Source of the DNA: Eledone cirrhosa
Taxonomy: Eukaryota
NCBI GenBank assembly: GCA_964016885.1
Contig: OZ024744.1
Span: 1,612,001 to 1,676,000, forward strand
Direction: 5' to 3'
DNA length: 64,000 nucleotides
The notes under the pieces were generated by a model, which saw only the letters and a program-made list of their open reading frames with translations, did not search any database and had not been told where the DNA came from. Shown here one piece after another: positions 27,521 to 36,147 of this stretch (position 1 is its first letter; every line of letters begins with the position of its first letter). The position numbers and the translations under genes were made by a program.

Positions 27521-30500
27521 ACCTTGTCTTCACACAAAACTTCGTTCTTCACCAAGCTATCTTTCTCTACCTTGTCTTCCCCCAAAACTTCGTTCTTCAC
27601 CAAGCTATCTTTCTCTACCTTGTCTTCTCCCAAAACTTCGTTATTCACCAAGCTATCTTTCTCTACCTTGTCTTCCCTCAAAACTTCGTTCTTCACCAAG
27701 CTATCTTTCTCTACCTTGTCTTCTCCCAAAACTTCGTTATTCACCAAGCTATCTTTCTCTACCTTGTCTTCCCTCAAACCTTCGTTCTTCACCAAGCTAT
27801 CTTTCTCTACCTTGTCTTCCCCCAAAACTTCGTTCTTCACCAAGCTATCTTTCTCTACCTTGTCTTCCCTCAAAACATCGTTCTTCACCAAGCTATCTTT
27901 CTCTACCTTGTCTTCTCCCAAAACTTCGTTATTCACCAAGCTATCTTTCTCTACCTTGTCTTCCCTCAAAACTTCGTTCTTCACCAAGCTATCTTTCTCT
28001 ACCTTGTCTTCCCCCAAAACTTCGTTCTTCACCAAGCTATCTTTCTCTACCTTGTCTTCCCCCAAAACTTCTTTCTTCACCAAGTCATCTTTCTCTACCT
28101 TGTCATCCCTCAAAACTTCGTTCTTCACCAATCTATCTTTCTCTGCCTTGTCTTCCCCCAAAACTTCGTTCTTCACCAAGCTATCTTTCTCTACCTTGTC
28201 TTCACACAAAACTTCGTTCTTCACCAAGCTATCTTTCTCTACCTTGTCTTCCCACAAAACGTCATTCTTCACCAAGCTATCTTTCTCTACCTTGTCTTCC
28301 GTCAAAACTTCGTTCTTCACCAAGATATCTTTCTCTACCTTGTCTTCTCCCAAAACTTCGTTCTTCACCAAGCTATCTTTCTCTACCTTGCCTTCCCTCA
28401 AAACGTCGTTCTTCACCAAGCTATCTTTCTCTACCTTGTCTTCCCTCAAAACATCGTTCTTCACCAAGCTATCTTTCTCTACCTTGTCTTCTCCCAAAAC
28501 GTCGTTATTCACCAAGCTATCTTTCTCTACCTTGTCTTCCCTCAAAACTTCGTTCTTCACCAAGCTATCTTTCTCTACCTTGTCTTCCGTCGAAACTTCG
28601 TTCTTCACCAAGATATCTTTCTCTACCTTGTTTTCTCCCAAAACTTCGTTCTTCACCAAGCTATCTTTCTCTAGCTTGTCTTCACACAAAACTTCGTTCT
28701 TCACCAAGCTATCTTTCTCTACCTTGTCTTCCCACAAAACGTCATTCTTCACCAAGATATCTTTCTCTACCTTGTTTTCTCCCAAAACTTCGTTCTTCAA
28801 CAAGCTATCTTTCTCTACCTTGTCTTCCCTCAGAACTTCGTTCTTCAACAAGCTATCTTTCTCTACCTTGTCTTCCCTCAAAACGTCGTTCTTCACCAAG
28901 CCATCTTTCTCTACCTTGCCTTCCCTCAAAACATCGTTCTTCACCAAGCTATCTTTCTCTACCTTGTCTTCTCCCAAAACTTCGTTATTCACCAAGCTAT
29001 CTTTCTCTACCTTGTCTTCCCTCAAAACTTCGTTCTTCACCAAGCTATCTTTCTCTACCTTGTCTTCCCCCAAAACTTCGTTCTTCACCAAGCTATCTTT
29101 CTCTACCTTGTCTTCCCCCAAAACTTCGTTCTTCACCAAGCTATCTTTCTCTACCTTGTCTTTCCCCAAAACTTCTTTCTTCACCAAGTCATCTTTCTCT
29201 ACCTTGTCATCCCTCAAAACTTCGTTCTTCACCAATCTATCTTTCTCTGCCTTGTCTTCCCCCAAAACTTCGTTCTTCACCAAGCTATCTTTCTCTACCT
29301 TGTCTTCACACAAAACTTCGTTCTTCACCAAGCTATCTTTCTCTGCCTTGTCTTCCCCCAAAACTTCGTTCTTCACCAAGCTATCTTTCTCTACCTTGTC
29401 TTCCCTCAAAACTTCGTTCTTCACCAAGCTATCTTTCTCTACCTTGTCTTCCCCCAAAACTTCGTTCTTCACCAAGCTATCTTTCTCTACCTTGTCTTCC
29501 CCCAAAACTTCGTTCTTCACCAAGCTATCTTTCTCTACCTTGTCTTTCCCCAAAACTTCTTTCTTCACCAAGTCATCTTTCTGTACCTTGTCATCCCTCA
29601 AAACTTCGTTCTTCACCAATCTATCTTTCTCTGCCTTGTCTTCCCCCAAAACTTCGTTCTTCACCAAGCTATCTTTCTCTACCTTGTCTTCACACAAAAC
29701 TTCGTTCTTCACCAAGCTATCTTTCTCTGCCTTGTCTTCCCCCAAAACTTCGTTCTTCACCAAGCTATCTTTCTCTACCTTGTCTTCACACAAAACTTCG
29801 TTCTTCACCAAGCTATCTTTCTCTACCTTGTCTTCCCACAAAACGTCATTCTTCACCAAGCTATCTTTCTCTACCTTGTCTTCCGTCAAAACTTCGTTCT
29901 TCACCAAGATATCTTTCTCTACCTTGTCTTCTCCCAAAACTTCGTTCTTCACCAAGCTATCTTTCTCTACCTTGTCTTCCCTCAAAACTTCGTTCTTCAC
30001 CAAGCTATCTTTCTCTACCTTGTCTTCTCCCAAAACTTCGTTATTCACCAAGCTATCTTTCTCTACCTTGTCTTCCCTCAAAACTTCGTTCTTCACCAAG
30101 CTATCTTTCTCTACCTTGTCTTCCGTCGAAACTTCGTTCTTCACCAAGATATCTTTCTCTACCTTGTTTTCTCCCAAAACTTCGTTCTTCACCAAGCTAT
30201 CTTTCTCTAGCTTGTCTTCACACAAAACTTCGTTCTTCACCAAGCTATCTTTCTCTACCTTGTCTTCCCACAAAACGTCATTCTTCACCAAGATATCTTT
30301 CTCTACCTTGTTTTCTCCCAAAACTTCGTTCTTCAACAAGCTATCTTTCTCTACCTTGTCTTCCCTCAGAACTTCGTTCTTCAACAAGCTATCTTTCTCT
30401 ACCTTGTCTTCCCTCAGAACGTCGTTCTTCACCAAGCCATCTTTCTCTACCTTGCCTTCCCTCAAAACATCGTTCTTCACCAAGCTATCTTTCTCTACCT

Positions 30501-33500
30501 TGTCTTCTCCCAAAACTTCGTTATTCACCAAGCTATCTTTCTCTACCTTGTCTTCCCTCAAAACTTCGTTCTTCACCAAGCTATCTTTCTCTACCTTGTC
30601 TTCCCCCAAAACTTCGTTCTTCACCAAGCTATCTTTCTCTACCTTGTCTTCCCCCAAAACTTCGTTCTTCACCAAGCTATCTTTCTCTACCTTGTCTTTC
30701 CCCAAAACTTCTTTCTTCACCAAGTCATCTTTCTCTACCTTGTCATCCCTCAAAACTTCGTTCTTCACCAATCTATCTTTCTCTGCCTTGTCTTCCCCCA
30801 AAACTTCGTTCTTCACCAAGCTATCTTTCTCTACCTTGTCTTCCCCCAAAACTTCGTTCTTCACCAAGCTATCTTTCTCTACCTTGTCTTCTCCCAAAAC
30901 TTCGTTATTCACCAAGCTATCTTTCTCTACCTTGTCTTCCCTCAAAACTTCGTTCTTCACCAAGCTATCTTTCTCTACCTTGTCTTCTCCCAAAACTTCG
31001 TTATTCACCAAGCTATCTTTCACTACCTTGTCTTCCCTCAAACCTTCGTTCTTCACCAAGCTATCTTTCTCTACCTTGTCTTCCCCCAAAACTTCGTTCT
31101 TCACCAAGCTATCTTTCTCTACCTTGTCTTCCCTCAAAACATCGTTCTTCACCAAGCTATCTTTCTCTACCTTGTCTTCTCCCAAAACTTCGTTATTCAC
31201 CAAGCTATCTTTCTCTACCTTGTCTTCCCTCAAAACTTCGTTCTTCACCAAGCTATCTTTCTCTACCTTGTCTTCCCCCAAAACTTCGTTCTTCACCAAG
31301 CTATCTTTCTCTACCTTGTCTTCCCCCAAAACTTCTTTCTTCACCAAGTCATCTTTCTCTACCTTGTCATCCCTCAAAACTTCGTTCTTCACCAATCTAT
31401 CTTTCTCTGCCTTGTCTTCCCCCAAAACTTCGTTCTTCACCAAGCTATCTTTCTCTACCTTGTCTTCACACAAAACTTCGTTCTTCACCAAGCTATCTTT
31501 CTCTACCTTGTCTTCCCACAAAACGTCATTCTTCACCAAGCTATCTTTCTCTACCTTGTCTTCCGTCAAAACTTCGTTCTTCACCAAGATATCTTTCTCT
31601 ACCTTGTCTTCTCCCAAAACTTCGTTCTTCACCAAGCTATCTTTCTCTACCTTGTCTTCCCTCAAAACGTCGTTCTTCACCAAGCTATCTTTCTCTACCT
31701 TGTCTTCCCTCAAAACATCGTTCTTCACCAAGCTATCTTTCTCTACCTTGTCTTCTCCCAAAACTTCGTTATTCACCAAGCTATCTTTCTCTACCTTGTC
31801 TTCCCTCAAAACTTCGTTCTTCACCAAGCTATCTTTCTCTACCTTGTCTTCCCCCAAAACTTCGTTCTTCACCAAGCTATCTTTCTCTACCTTGTCTTCC
31901 CCCAAAACTTCGTTCTTCACCAAGCTATCTTTCTCTAGCTTGTCTTCACACAAAACTTCGTTCTTCACCAAGCTATCTTTCTCTACCTTGTCTTCCCACA
32001 AAACGTCATTCTTCACCAAGCTATCTTTCTCTACCTTGTCTTCCGTCGAAACTTCGTTCTTCACCAAGATATCTTTCTCTACCTTGTTTTCTCCCAAAAC
32101 TTCGTTCTTCACCAAGCTATCTTTATCTAGCTTGTCTTCACACAAAACTTCGTTCTTCACCAAGCTATCTTTCTCTACCTTGTCTTCCCACAAAACGTCA
32201 TTCTTCACCAAGCTATCTCTCTCTACCTTGTCTTCCGTCGAAACTTCGTTCTTCACCAAGATATCTTTCTCTACATTGTTTTCTCCCAAAACTTCGTTCT
32301 TCAACAAGCTATCTTTCTCTACCTTGTCTTCCCTCAGAACTTCGTTCTTCAACAAGCTATCTTTCTCTACCTTGTCTTCCCTCAAAACGTCGTTCTTCAC
32401 CAAGCTATCTTTCTCTACCTTGCCTTCCCTCAAAACATCGTTCTTCACCAAGCTATCTTTCTCTACCTTGTCTTCCCACAAAACGTCATTCTTCACCAAG
32501 ATATCTTTCTCTACCTTGTTTTCTCCCAAAACTTCGTTCTTCAACAAGCTATCTTTCTCTACCTTGTCTTCCCTCAGAACTTCGTTCTTCAACAAGCTAT
32601 CTTTCTCTACCTTGTCTTCCCTCAGAACGTCGTTCTTCACCAAGCCATCTTTCTCTACCTTGCCTTCCCTCAAAACATCGTTCTTCACCAAGCTATCTTT
32701 CTCTACCTTGTCTTCTCCCAAAACTTCGTTATTCACCAAGCTATCTTTCTCTACCTTGTCTTCCCTCAAAACTTCGTTCTTCACCAAGCTATCTTTCTCT
32801 ACCTTGTCTTCCCCCAAAACTTCGTTCTTCACCAAGCTATCTTTCTCTACCTTGTCTTCCCCCAAAACTTCGTTCTTCACCAAGCTATCTTTCTCTACCT
32901 TGTCTTTCCCCAAAACTTCTTTCTTCACCAAGTCATCTTTCTCTACCTTGTCATCCCTCAAAACTTCGTTCTTCACCAATCTATCTTTCTCTGCCTTGTC
33001 TTCCCCCAAAACTTCGTTCTTCACCAAGCTATCTTTCTCTACCTTGTCTTCACACAAAACTTCGTTCTTCACCAAGCTATCTTTCTCTACCTTGTCTTCC
33101 CCCAAAACTTCGTTCTTCACCAAGCTATCTTTCTCTACCTTGTCTTCTCCCAAAACTTCGTTATTCACCAAGCTATCTTTCTCTACCTTGTCTTCCCTCA
33201 AAACTTCGTTCTTCACCAAGCTATCTTTCTCTACCTTGTCTTCTCCCAAAACTTCGTTATTCACCAAGCTATCTTTCACTACCTTGTCTTCCCTCAAACC
33301 TTCGTTCTTCACCAAGCTATCTTTCTCTACCTTGTCTTCCCCCAAAACTTCCTTCTTCACCAAGCTATCTTTCTCTACCTTGTCTTCCCTCAAAACATCG
33401 TTCTTCACCAAGCTATCTTTCTCTACCTTGTCTTCTCCCAAAACTTCGTTATTCACCAAGCTATCTTTCTCTACCTTGTCTTCCCTCAAAACTTCGTTCT

Positions 33501-36147
33501 TCACCAAGCTATCTTTCTCTACCTTGTCTTCCCCCAAAACTTCGTTCTTCACCAAGCTATCTTTCTCTACCTTGTCTTCCCCCAAAACTTCTTTCTTCAC
33601 CAAGTCATCTTTCTCTACCTTGTCATCCCTCAAAACTTCGTTCTTCACCAATCTATCTTTCTCTGCCTTGTCTTCCCCCAAAACTTCGTTCTTCACCAAG
33701 CTATCTTTCTCTACCTTGTCTTCACACAAAACTTCGTTCTTCACCAAGCTATCTTTCTCTACCTTGTCTTCCCACAAAACGTCATTCTTCACCAAGCTAT
33801 CTTTCTCTACCTTGTCTTCCGTCAAAACTTCGTTCTTCACCAAGATATCTTTCTCTACCTTGTCTTCTCCCAAAACTTCGTTCTTCACCAAGCTATCTTT
33901 CTCTACCTTGTCTTCCCTCAAAACGTCGTTCTTCACCAAGCTATCTTTCTCTACCTTGTCTTCCCTCAAAACATCGTTCTTCACCAAGCTATCTTTCTCT
34001 ACCTTGTCTTCTCCCAAAACTTCGTTATTCACCAAGCTATCTTTCTCTACCTTGTCTTCCCTCAAAACTTCGTTCTTCACCAAGCTATCTTTCTCTACCT
34101 TGTCTTCCCCCAAAACTTCGTTCTTCACCAAGCTATCTTTCTCTACCTTGTCTTCCCCCAAAACTTCGTTCTTCACCAAGCTATCTTTCTCTAGCTTGTC
34201 TTCACACAAAACTTCGTTCTTCACCAAGCTATCTTTCTCTACCTTGTCTTCCCACAAAACGTCATTCTTCACCAAGCTATCTTTCTCTACCTTGTCTTCC
34301 GTCGAAACTTCGTTCTTCACCAAGATATCTTTCTCTACCTTGTTTTCTCCCAAAACTTCGTTCTTCACCAAGCTATCTTTATCTAGCTTGTCTTCACACA
34401 AAACTTCGTTCTTCACCAAGCTATCTTTCTCTACCTTGTCTTCCCACAAAACGTCATTCTTCACCAAGCTATCTCTCTCTACCTTGTCTTCCGTCGAAAC
34501 TTCGTTCTTCACCAAGATATCTTTCTCTACATTGTTTTCTCCCAAAACTTCGTTCTTCAACAAGCTATCTTTCTCTACCTTGTCTTCCCTCAGAACTTCG
34601 TTCTTCAACAAGCTATCTTTCTCTACCTTGTCTTCCCTCAAAACGTCGTTCTTCACCAAGCTATCTTTCTCTACCTTGCCTTCCCTCAAAACATCGTTCT
34701 TCACCAAGCTATCTTTCTCTACCTTGTCTTCTCCCAAAACTTCGTTATTCACCAAGCTATCTTTCTCTACCTTGTCTTCCCTCAAAACTTCGTTCTTCAC
34801 CAAGCTATCTTTCTCTACCTTGTCTTCCCCCAAAACTTTGTTCTTCACCAAGCTATCTTTCTCTACCTTGTCTTCCCCCAAAACTTCGTTCTTCACCAAG
34901 CTATCTTTCTCTACCTTGTCTTTCCCCAAAACTTCTTTCTTCACCAAGTCATCTTTCTCTACCTTGTCATCCCTCAAAACTTCGTTCTTCACCAATCTAT
35001 CTTTCTCTGCCTTGTCTTCCCCCAAAACTTCGTTCTTCACCAAGCTATCTTTCTCTACCTTGTCTTCACACAAAACTTCGTTCTTCACCAAGCTATCTTT
35101 CTCTACCTTGTCTTCCCACAAAACGTCATTCTTCACCAAGCTATCTTTCTCTACCTTGTCTTCCGTCAAAACTTCGTTCTTCACCAAGATATCTTTCTCT
35201 ACCTTGTCTTCTCCCAAAACTTCGTTCTTCACCAAGCTATCTTTCTCTACCTTGTCTTCCCTCAGAACTTCGTTCTTCACCAAGCTATCTTTCTCTACCT
35301 TGTCTTCCCCCAAAACTTCGTTCTTCACCAAGCTATCTTTCTCTACCTTGTCTTTCATCAAAACGTCGTTCTTCACCAAGCTCTCTTTCTCTACCTTGTC
35401 TTCCCCCAAAACTTCGTTCTTCACCAAGCTATCTTTCTCTACCTTGTCTTCCCACAAAACGTCGTTCTTCACCAAGCTATCTTTCTCTACCTTGTCTTCC
35501 CTCAAAACGTCGTTCTTCACCAAGCTATCTTTCTCTACCTTCTCTTCCCTCAAAACATCGTTCTTCACCAAGCTATCTTTCTCTACCTTGTCTTCCCTCA
35601 AAACTTCGTTCTTCACCAAGCTATCTTTCTCTACCTTGTCTTCCCCCAAAACTTCGTTCTTCACCAAGCTATCTTTCTCTACCTTGTCTTCTCCCAAAAC
35701 TTCGTTATTCACCAAGCTATCTTTCTCTACCTTGTCTTCCCTCAAAACTTCGTTCTTCACCAAGCTATCTTTCTCTACCTTGTCTTCCCCCAAAACTTCG
35801 TTCTTCACCAAGTCATCTTTCTCTACCTTGTCATCCCTCAAAACTTTGTTCTTCACCAATCTATCTTTCTCTACCTTGTCTTCCCCCAAAACTTCGTTCT
35901 TCACCAAGCTATCTTTCTCTAGCTTGTCTTCACACAAAACTTCGTTCTTCACCAAGCTATCTTTCTCTACCTTGTCTTCCCACAAAACGTCATTCTTCAC
36001 CAAGCTATCTTTCTCTACCTTGTCTTCCGTCAAAACTTCGTTCTTCACCAAGATATCTTTCTCTACCTTGTCTCCTCCCAAAACTTCGTTCTTCACCAAG
36101 CTATCTTTCTCTACCTTGTCTTCCCCCAAAACTTCGTTCTTCACCAA
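23776..36147 (-). CDS. Candidate only: 12.4-kb open frame of (VEKDSLVKNEVLGEDK)n, ~257 repeats; most likely a non-coding satellite frame
   Basis: This is the longest indel-free and stop-free stretch of the only open minus frame. The annotated start is a non-ATG codon, and the first in-frame ATG is at 35358-35356 (about 3860 aa). There is no unique N- or C-terminal domain, and both ends are defined by 1-bp deletions. Confidence 0.1.
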   Translation of the reverse strand: MVKNEVLGEDKVEKDSLVKNEVLGGDKVEKDILVKNEVLTEDKVEKDSLVKNDVLWEDKVEKDSLVKNEVLCEDKLEKDSLVKNEVLGEDKVEKDRLVKNKVLRDDKVEKDDLVKNEVLGEDKVEKDSLVKNEVLREDKVEKDSLVNNEVLGEDKVEKDSLVKNEVLGEDKVEKDSLVKNEVLREDKVEKDSLVKNDVLREEKVEKDSLVKNDVLREDKVEKDSLVKNDVLWEDKVEKDSLVKNEVLGEDKVEKESLVKNDVLMKDKVEKDSLVKNEVLGEDKVEKDSLVKNEVLREDKVEKDSLVKNEVLGEDKVEKDILVKNEVLTEDKVEKDSLVKNDVLWEDKVEKDSLVKNEVLCEDKVEKDSLVKNEVLGEDKAEKDRLVKNEVLRDDKVEKDDLVKKEVLGKDKVEKDSLVKNEVLGEDKVEKDSLVKNKVLGEDKVEKDSLVKNEVLREDKVEKDSLVNNEVLGEDKVEKDSLVKNDVLREGKVEKDSLVKNDVLREDKVEKDSLLKNEVLREDKVEKDSLLKNEVLGENNVEKDILVKNEVSTEDKVERDSLVKNDVLWEDKVEKDSLVKNEVLCEDKLDKDSLVKNEVLGENKVEKDILVKNEVSTEDKVEKDSLVKNDVLWEDKVEKDSLVKNEVLCEDKLEKDSLVKNEVLGEDKVEKDSLVKNEVLGEDKVEKDSLVKNEVLREDKVEKDSLVNNEVLGEDKVEKDSLVKNDVLREDKVEKDSLVKNDVLREDKVEKDSLVKNEVLGEDKVEKDILVKNEVLTEDKVEKDSLVKNDVLWEDKVEKDSLVKNEVLCEDKVEKDSLVKNEVLGEDKAEKDRLVKNEVLRDDKVEKDDLVKKEVLGEDKVEKDSLVKNEVLGEDKVEKDSLVKNEVLREDKVEKDSLVNNEVLGEDKVEKDSLVKNDVLREDKVEKDSLVKKEVLGEDKVEKDSLVKNEGLREDKVVKDSLVNNEVLGEDKVEKDSLVKNEVLREDKVEKDSLVNNEVLGEDKVEKDSLVKNEVLGEDKVEKDSLVKNEVLCEDKVEKDSLVKNEVLGEDKAEKDRLVKNEVLRDDKVEKDDLVKKEVLGKDKVEKDSLVKNEVLGEDKVEKDSLVKNEVLGEDKVEKDSLVKNEVLREDKVEKDSLVNNEVLGEDKVEKDSLVKNDVLREGKVEKDGLVKNDVLREDKVEKDSLLKNEVLREDKVEKDSLLKNEVLGENKVEKDILVKNDVLWEDKVEKDSLVKNDVLREGKVEKDSLVKNDVLREDKVEKDSLLKNEVLREDKVEKDSLLKNEVLGENNVEKDILVKNEVSTEDKVERDSLVKNDVLWEDKVEKDSLVKNEVLCEDKLDKDSLVKNEVLGENKVEKDILVKNEVSTEDKVEKDSLVKNDVLWEDKVEKDSLVKNEVLCEDKLEKDSLVKNEVLGEDKVEKDSLVKNEVLGEDKVEKDSLVKNEVLREDKVEKDSLVNNEVLGEDKVEKDSLVKNDVLREDKVEKDSLVKNDVLREDKVEKDSLVKNEVLGEDKVEKDILVKNEVLTEDKVEKDSLVKNDVLWEDKVEKDSLVKNEVLCEDKVEKDSLVKNEVLGEDKAEKDRLVKNEVLRDDKVEKDDLVKKEVLGEDKVEKDSLVKNEVLGEDKVEKDSLVKNEVLREDKVEKDSLVNNEVLGEDKVEKDSLVKNDVLREDKVEKDSLVKNEVLGEDKVEKDSLVKNEGLREDKVVKDSLVNNEVLGEDKVEKDSLVKNEVLREDKVEKDSLVNNEVLGEDKVEKDSLVKNEVLGEDKVEKDSLVKNEVLGEDKAEKDRLVKNEVLRDDKVEKDDLVKKEVLGKDKVEKDSLVKNEVLGEDKVEKDSLVKNEVLGEDKVEKDSLVKNEVLREDKVEKDSLVNNEVLGEDKVEKDSLVKNDVLREGKVEKDGLVKNDVLREDKVEKDSLLKNEVLREDKVEKDSLLKNEVLGENKVEKDILVKNDVLWEDKVEKDSLVKNEVLCEDKLEKDSLVKNEVLGENKVEKDILVKNEVSTEDKVEKDSLVKNEVLREDKVEKDSLVNNEVLGEDKVEKDSLVKNEVLREDKVEKDSLVKNEVLGEDKVEKDILVKNEVLTEDKVEKDSLVKNDVLWEDKVEKDSLVKNEVLCEDKVEKDSLVKNEVLGEDKAEKDSLVKNEVLCEDKVEKDSLVKNEVLGEDKAEKDRLVKNEVLRDDKVQKDDLVKKEVLGKDKVEKDSLVKNEVLGEDKVEKDSLVKNEVLGEDKVEKDSLVKNEVLREDKVEKDSLVKNEVLGEDKAEKDSLVKNEVLCEDKVEKDSLVKNEVLGEDKAEKDRLVKNEVLRDDKVEKDDLVKKEVLGKDKVEKDSLVKNEVLGEDKVEKDSLVKNEVLGEDKVEKDSLVKNEVLREDKVEKDSLVNNEVLGEDKVEKDSLVKNDVLREGKVEKDGLVKNDVLREDKVEKDSLLKNEVLREDKVEKDSLLKNEVLGENKVEKDILVKNDVLWEDKVEKDSLVKNEVLCEDKLEKDSLVKNEVLGENKVEKDILVKNEVSTEDKVEKDSLVKNEVLREDKVEKDSLVNNDVLGEDKVEKDSLVKNDVLREDKVEKDSLVKNDVLREGKVEKDSLVKNEVLGEDKVEKDILVKNEVLTEDKVEKDSLVKNDVLWEDKVEKDSLVKNEVLCEDKVEKDSLVKNEVLGEDKAEKDRLVKNEVLRDDKVEKDDLVKKEVLGEDKVEKDSLVKNEVLGEDKVEKDSLVKNEVLREDKVEKDSLVNNEVLGEDKVEKDSLVKNDVLREDKVEKDSLVKNEVLGEDKVEKDSLVKNEGLREDKVEKDSLVNNEVLGEDKVEKDSLVKNEVLREDKVEKDSLVNNEVLGEDKVEKDSLVKNEVLGEDKVEKDSLVKNEVLCEDKVEKDSLVKNEVLGEDKAEKDRLVKNEVLRDDKVEKDDLVKKEVLGKDKVEKDSLVKNEVLGEDKVEKDSLVKNEVLREDKVEKDSLVNNEVLGEDKVEKDSLVKNDVLREGKVEKDGLVKNDVLREDKVEKDSLLKNEVLREDKVEKDSLLKNEVLGENKVEKDILVKNDVLWEDKVEKDSLVKNEVLCEDKLEKDSLVKNEVLGENKVEKDILVKNEVSTEDKVEKDSLVKNDVLWEDKVEKDSFVKNEVLCEDKLEKDSLVKNEVLGENKVEKDILVKNEVSTEDKVEKDSLVKNDVLWEDKVEKDSLVKNEVLCEDKLEKDSLVKNEVLGEDKVEKDSLVKNEVLREDKVEKDSLVNNEVLGEDKVEKDSLVKNDVLREGKVEKDGLVKNDVLREDKVEKDSLLKNEVLREDKVEKDSLLKNEVLRENKVEKDILVKNDVLWEDKVEKDSLVKNEVLCEDKLEKDSLVKNEVLGENKVEKDILVKNEVSTEDKVEKDSLVKNDVLWEDKVEKDSFVKNEVLCEDKLEKDSLVKNEVLGENKVEKDILVKNEVSTEDKVEKDSLVKNDVLWEHKVEKDSLVKNEVLCEDKVEKDSLVKNEVLREDKVEKDSLVNNEVLGEDKVEKDSLVKNDVLREDKVEKDSLVKNDVLREDKVEKYSLVKNEVLGEDKVEKDILVKNEVLTEDKVEKDSLVKNEVLCEDKVEKDSLVKNEVLGEDKAEKDRLVKNEVLRDDKVEKDDLVKKEVLGGDKVEKDILVKNEVLREDEVEKDSLVKNEVLGEDKVEKDSLVKNEVLGEDKVEKDSLVKNEVLGEDKAEKDRLVKNEVLRDDKVEKDDLVKKEVLGKDKVEKDSLVKNEVLGEDKVEKDSLVKNEVLREDKVEKDSLVNNEVLGEDKVEKDSLVKNDVLREGKVEKDGLVKNDVLREDKVEKDSLLKNEVLREDKVEKDSLLKNEVLGENKVEKDILVKNDVLWEDKVEKDSLVKNEVLCEDKLEKDSLVKNEVLGENKVEKDILVKNEVSTEDKVEKDSLVKNDVLWEDKVEKDSFVKNEVLCEDKLEKDSLVKNEVLGENKVEKDILVKNEVSTEDKVEKDSLVKNDVLWEDKVEKDSLVKNEVLCEDKLEKDSLVKNEVLGEDKVEKDSLVKNEVLREDKVEKDSLVNNEVLGEDKVEKDSLVKNDVLREGKVEKDGLVKNDVLREDKVEKDSLLKNEVLREDKVEKDSLLKNEVLRENKVEKDILVKNDVLWKTR
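30257..34720. repeat. Recent tandem duplication, 46 vs 47 monomers (30257-32464 vs 32465-34720)
   Basis: Private variants are shared: CTCAGAACGTCG (30417/32625, offset 2208), TTTCACTACC (31022/33278, offset 2256) and CTTTATCTAG (32125/34381, offset 2256). Confidence 0.88.

Noticed and set aside
23776-36147. Assignment to a known E/K-rich repeat antigen (e.g. apicomplexan glutamate-rich proteins)
   Set aside because: The resemblance is compositional only. I do not recognise the 16-mer, and there is no signal peptide or unique flank to support a name.
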